Shown here piece by piece: positions 63,519 through 64,000 of a stretch of 64,000 nucleotides of DNA (position 1 is its first letter; each line of letters begins with the position of its first letter). Source of the stretch: Tricharina praecox (taxonomy: Eukaryota); NCBI RefSeq assembly GCF_024521635.1, contig NW_026250416.1, positions 682,001-746,000 on the forward strand. The letters are read 5' to 3'. Position numbers and translations under genes: made by a program. The notes beneath the pieces were generated by a model, which saw nothing but the letters and a program-made list of their open reading frames with translations, ran no database searches and was not told the origin of the DNA.

Positions 63519-63602
63519 TAACTCGGAGCCGAAGGTCGGACGAATTGTAACATACGGATTTAACTCGGAGCCGAAGGTCGGACGAATTGTAACATACGGA
63601 TT
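63519..63602. repeat. Perfect 42-bp tandem duplication (TAACTCGGAGCCGAAGGTCGGACGAATTGTAACATACGGATT x2)
   Basis: Read directly; no spacer between the copies. Confidence 0.95.
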
Positions 63603-64000
63603 GCCTCACCGACGACCGGTCGCCTAAGTGCAAGTTTCCGTGCAAGCTGTTCGCAGCAGATCCAGACCCAACCTCCCCAAGCCCCCGGAATCCCCCAGCC
63701 CCGACCCCGAAACCGGCCCGCGGGACTCTCAGGGCTCGAGCGCGCGAACGACGAGAGAATCACCACGGGTTCGGAATGGCCGTAGTTCACCGGTGCTCGA
63801 ATCGCGGTAGAGTAATCCCAATCCTTCTGCCCAACTTAGTTTCTTTACCCGGTGTCCGTCCTCTTGATTCGACTCCATAATTTGTTCGTGCAAGCACTCC
63901 AACGCTTGAGTGAGATGTCACGATGTCTGTATGGAGAATGTAGGGCGGGAGAGAAGCGTATGGGTTGTAGACCGCATCATAGTTGTAGGTCTCGCCACTC

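Noticed and set aside
63519..63602. CRISPR-like repeat
   Set aside because: Two adjacent copies with no spacer, in a eukaryotic context with no cas genes.

Overview
Eukaryotic genomic DNA from a filamentous ascomycete (short GT-AG introns with CTRAY branch points; taxonomy is inferred only). The window is gene-sparse. Recognisable conserved genes: the 5' end of a PTR2/POT peptide transporter, a PTH11-like membrane protein, a probable mitochondrial membrane protein, an ER FKBP (FPR2-type), a secreted flavin polyamine oxidase and a high-affinity-type hexose transporter. The stretch from about 6 to 28 kb looks accessory. It holds a tandem pair of decayed paralogs, two paralogous GPI-type Ser/Thr/Glu-rich wall proteins (one with a duplicated intron), an Ecp2/KP4-like small secreted protein whose likely native ATG is followed directly by TGA, a stand-alone SH3b-like secreted protein, a tRNA-Gly(CCC) with an odd 7-nt insertion and a Ty1/copia relic. 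A lone HeLo-like domain gene lies at 43 kb. A ~130-bp element occurs twice in inverted orientation 44 kb apart (8888-9017 and 52808-52936) with Helitron-like or TIR-like ends. The last 12 kb is apparently non-coding and rich in simple repeats. I found no complete, unambiguous new system; the best leads are ranked in the findings. Splice models were read by hand and frame-checked; family assignments come from motif recognition, not database searches.
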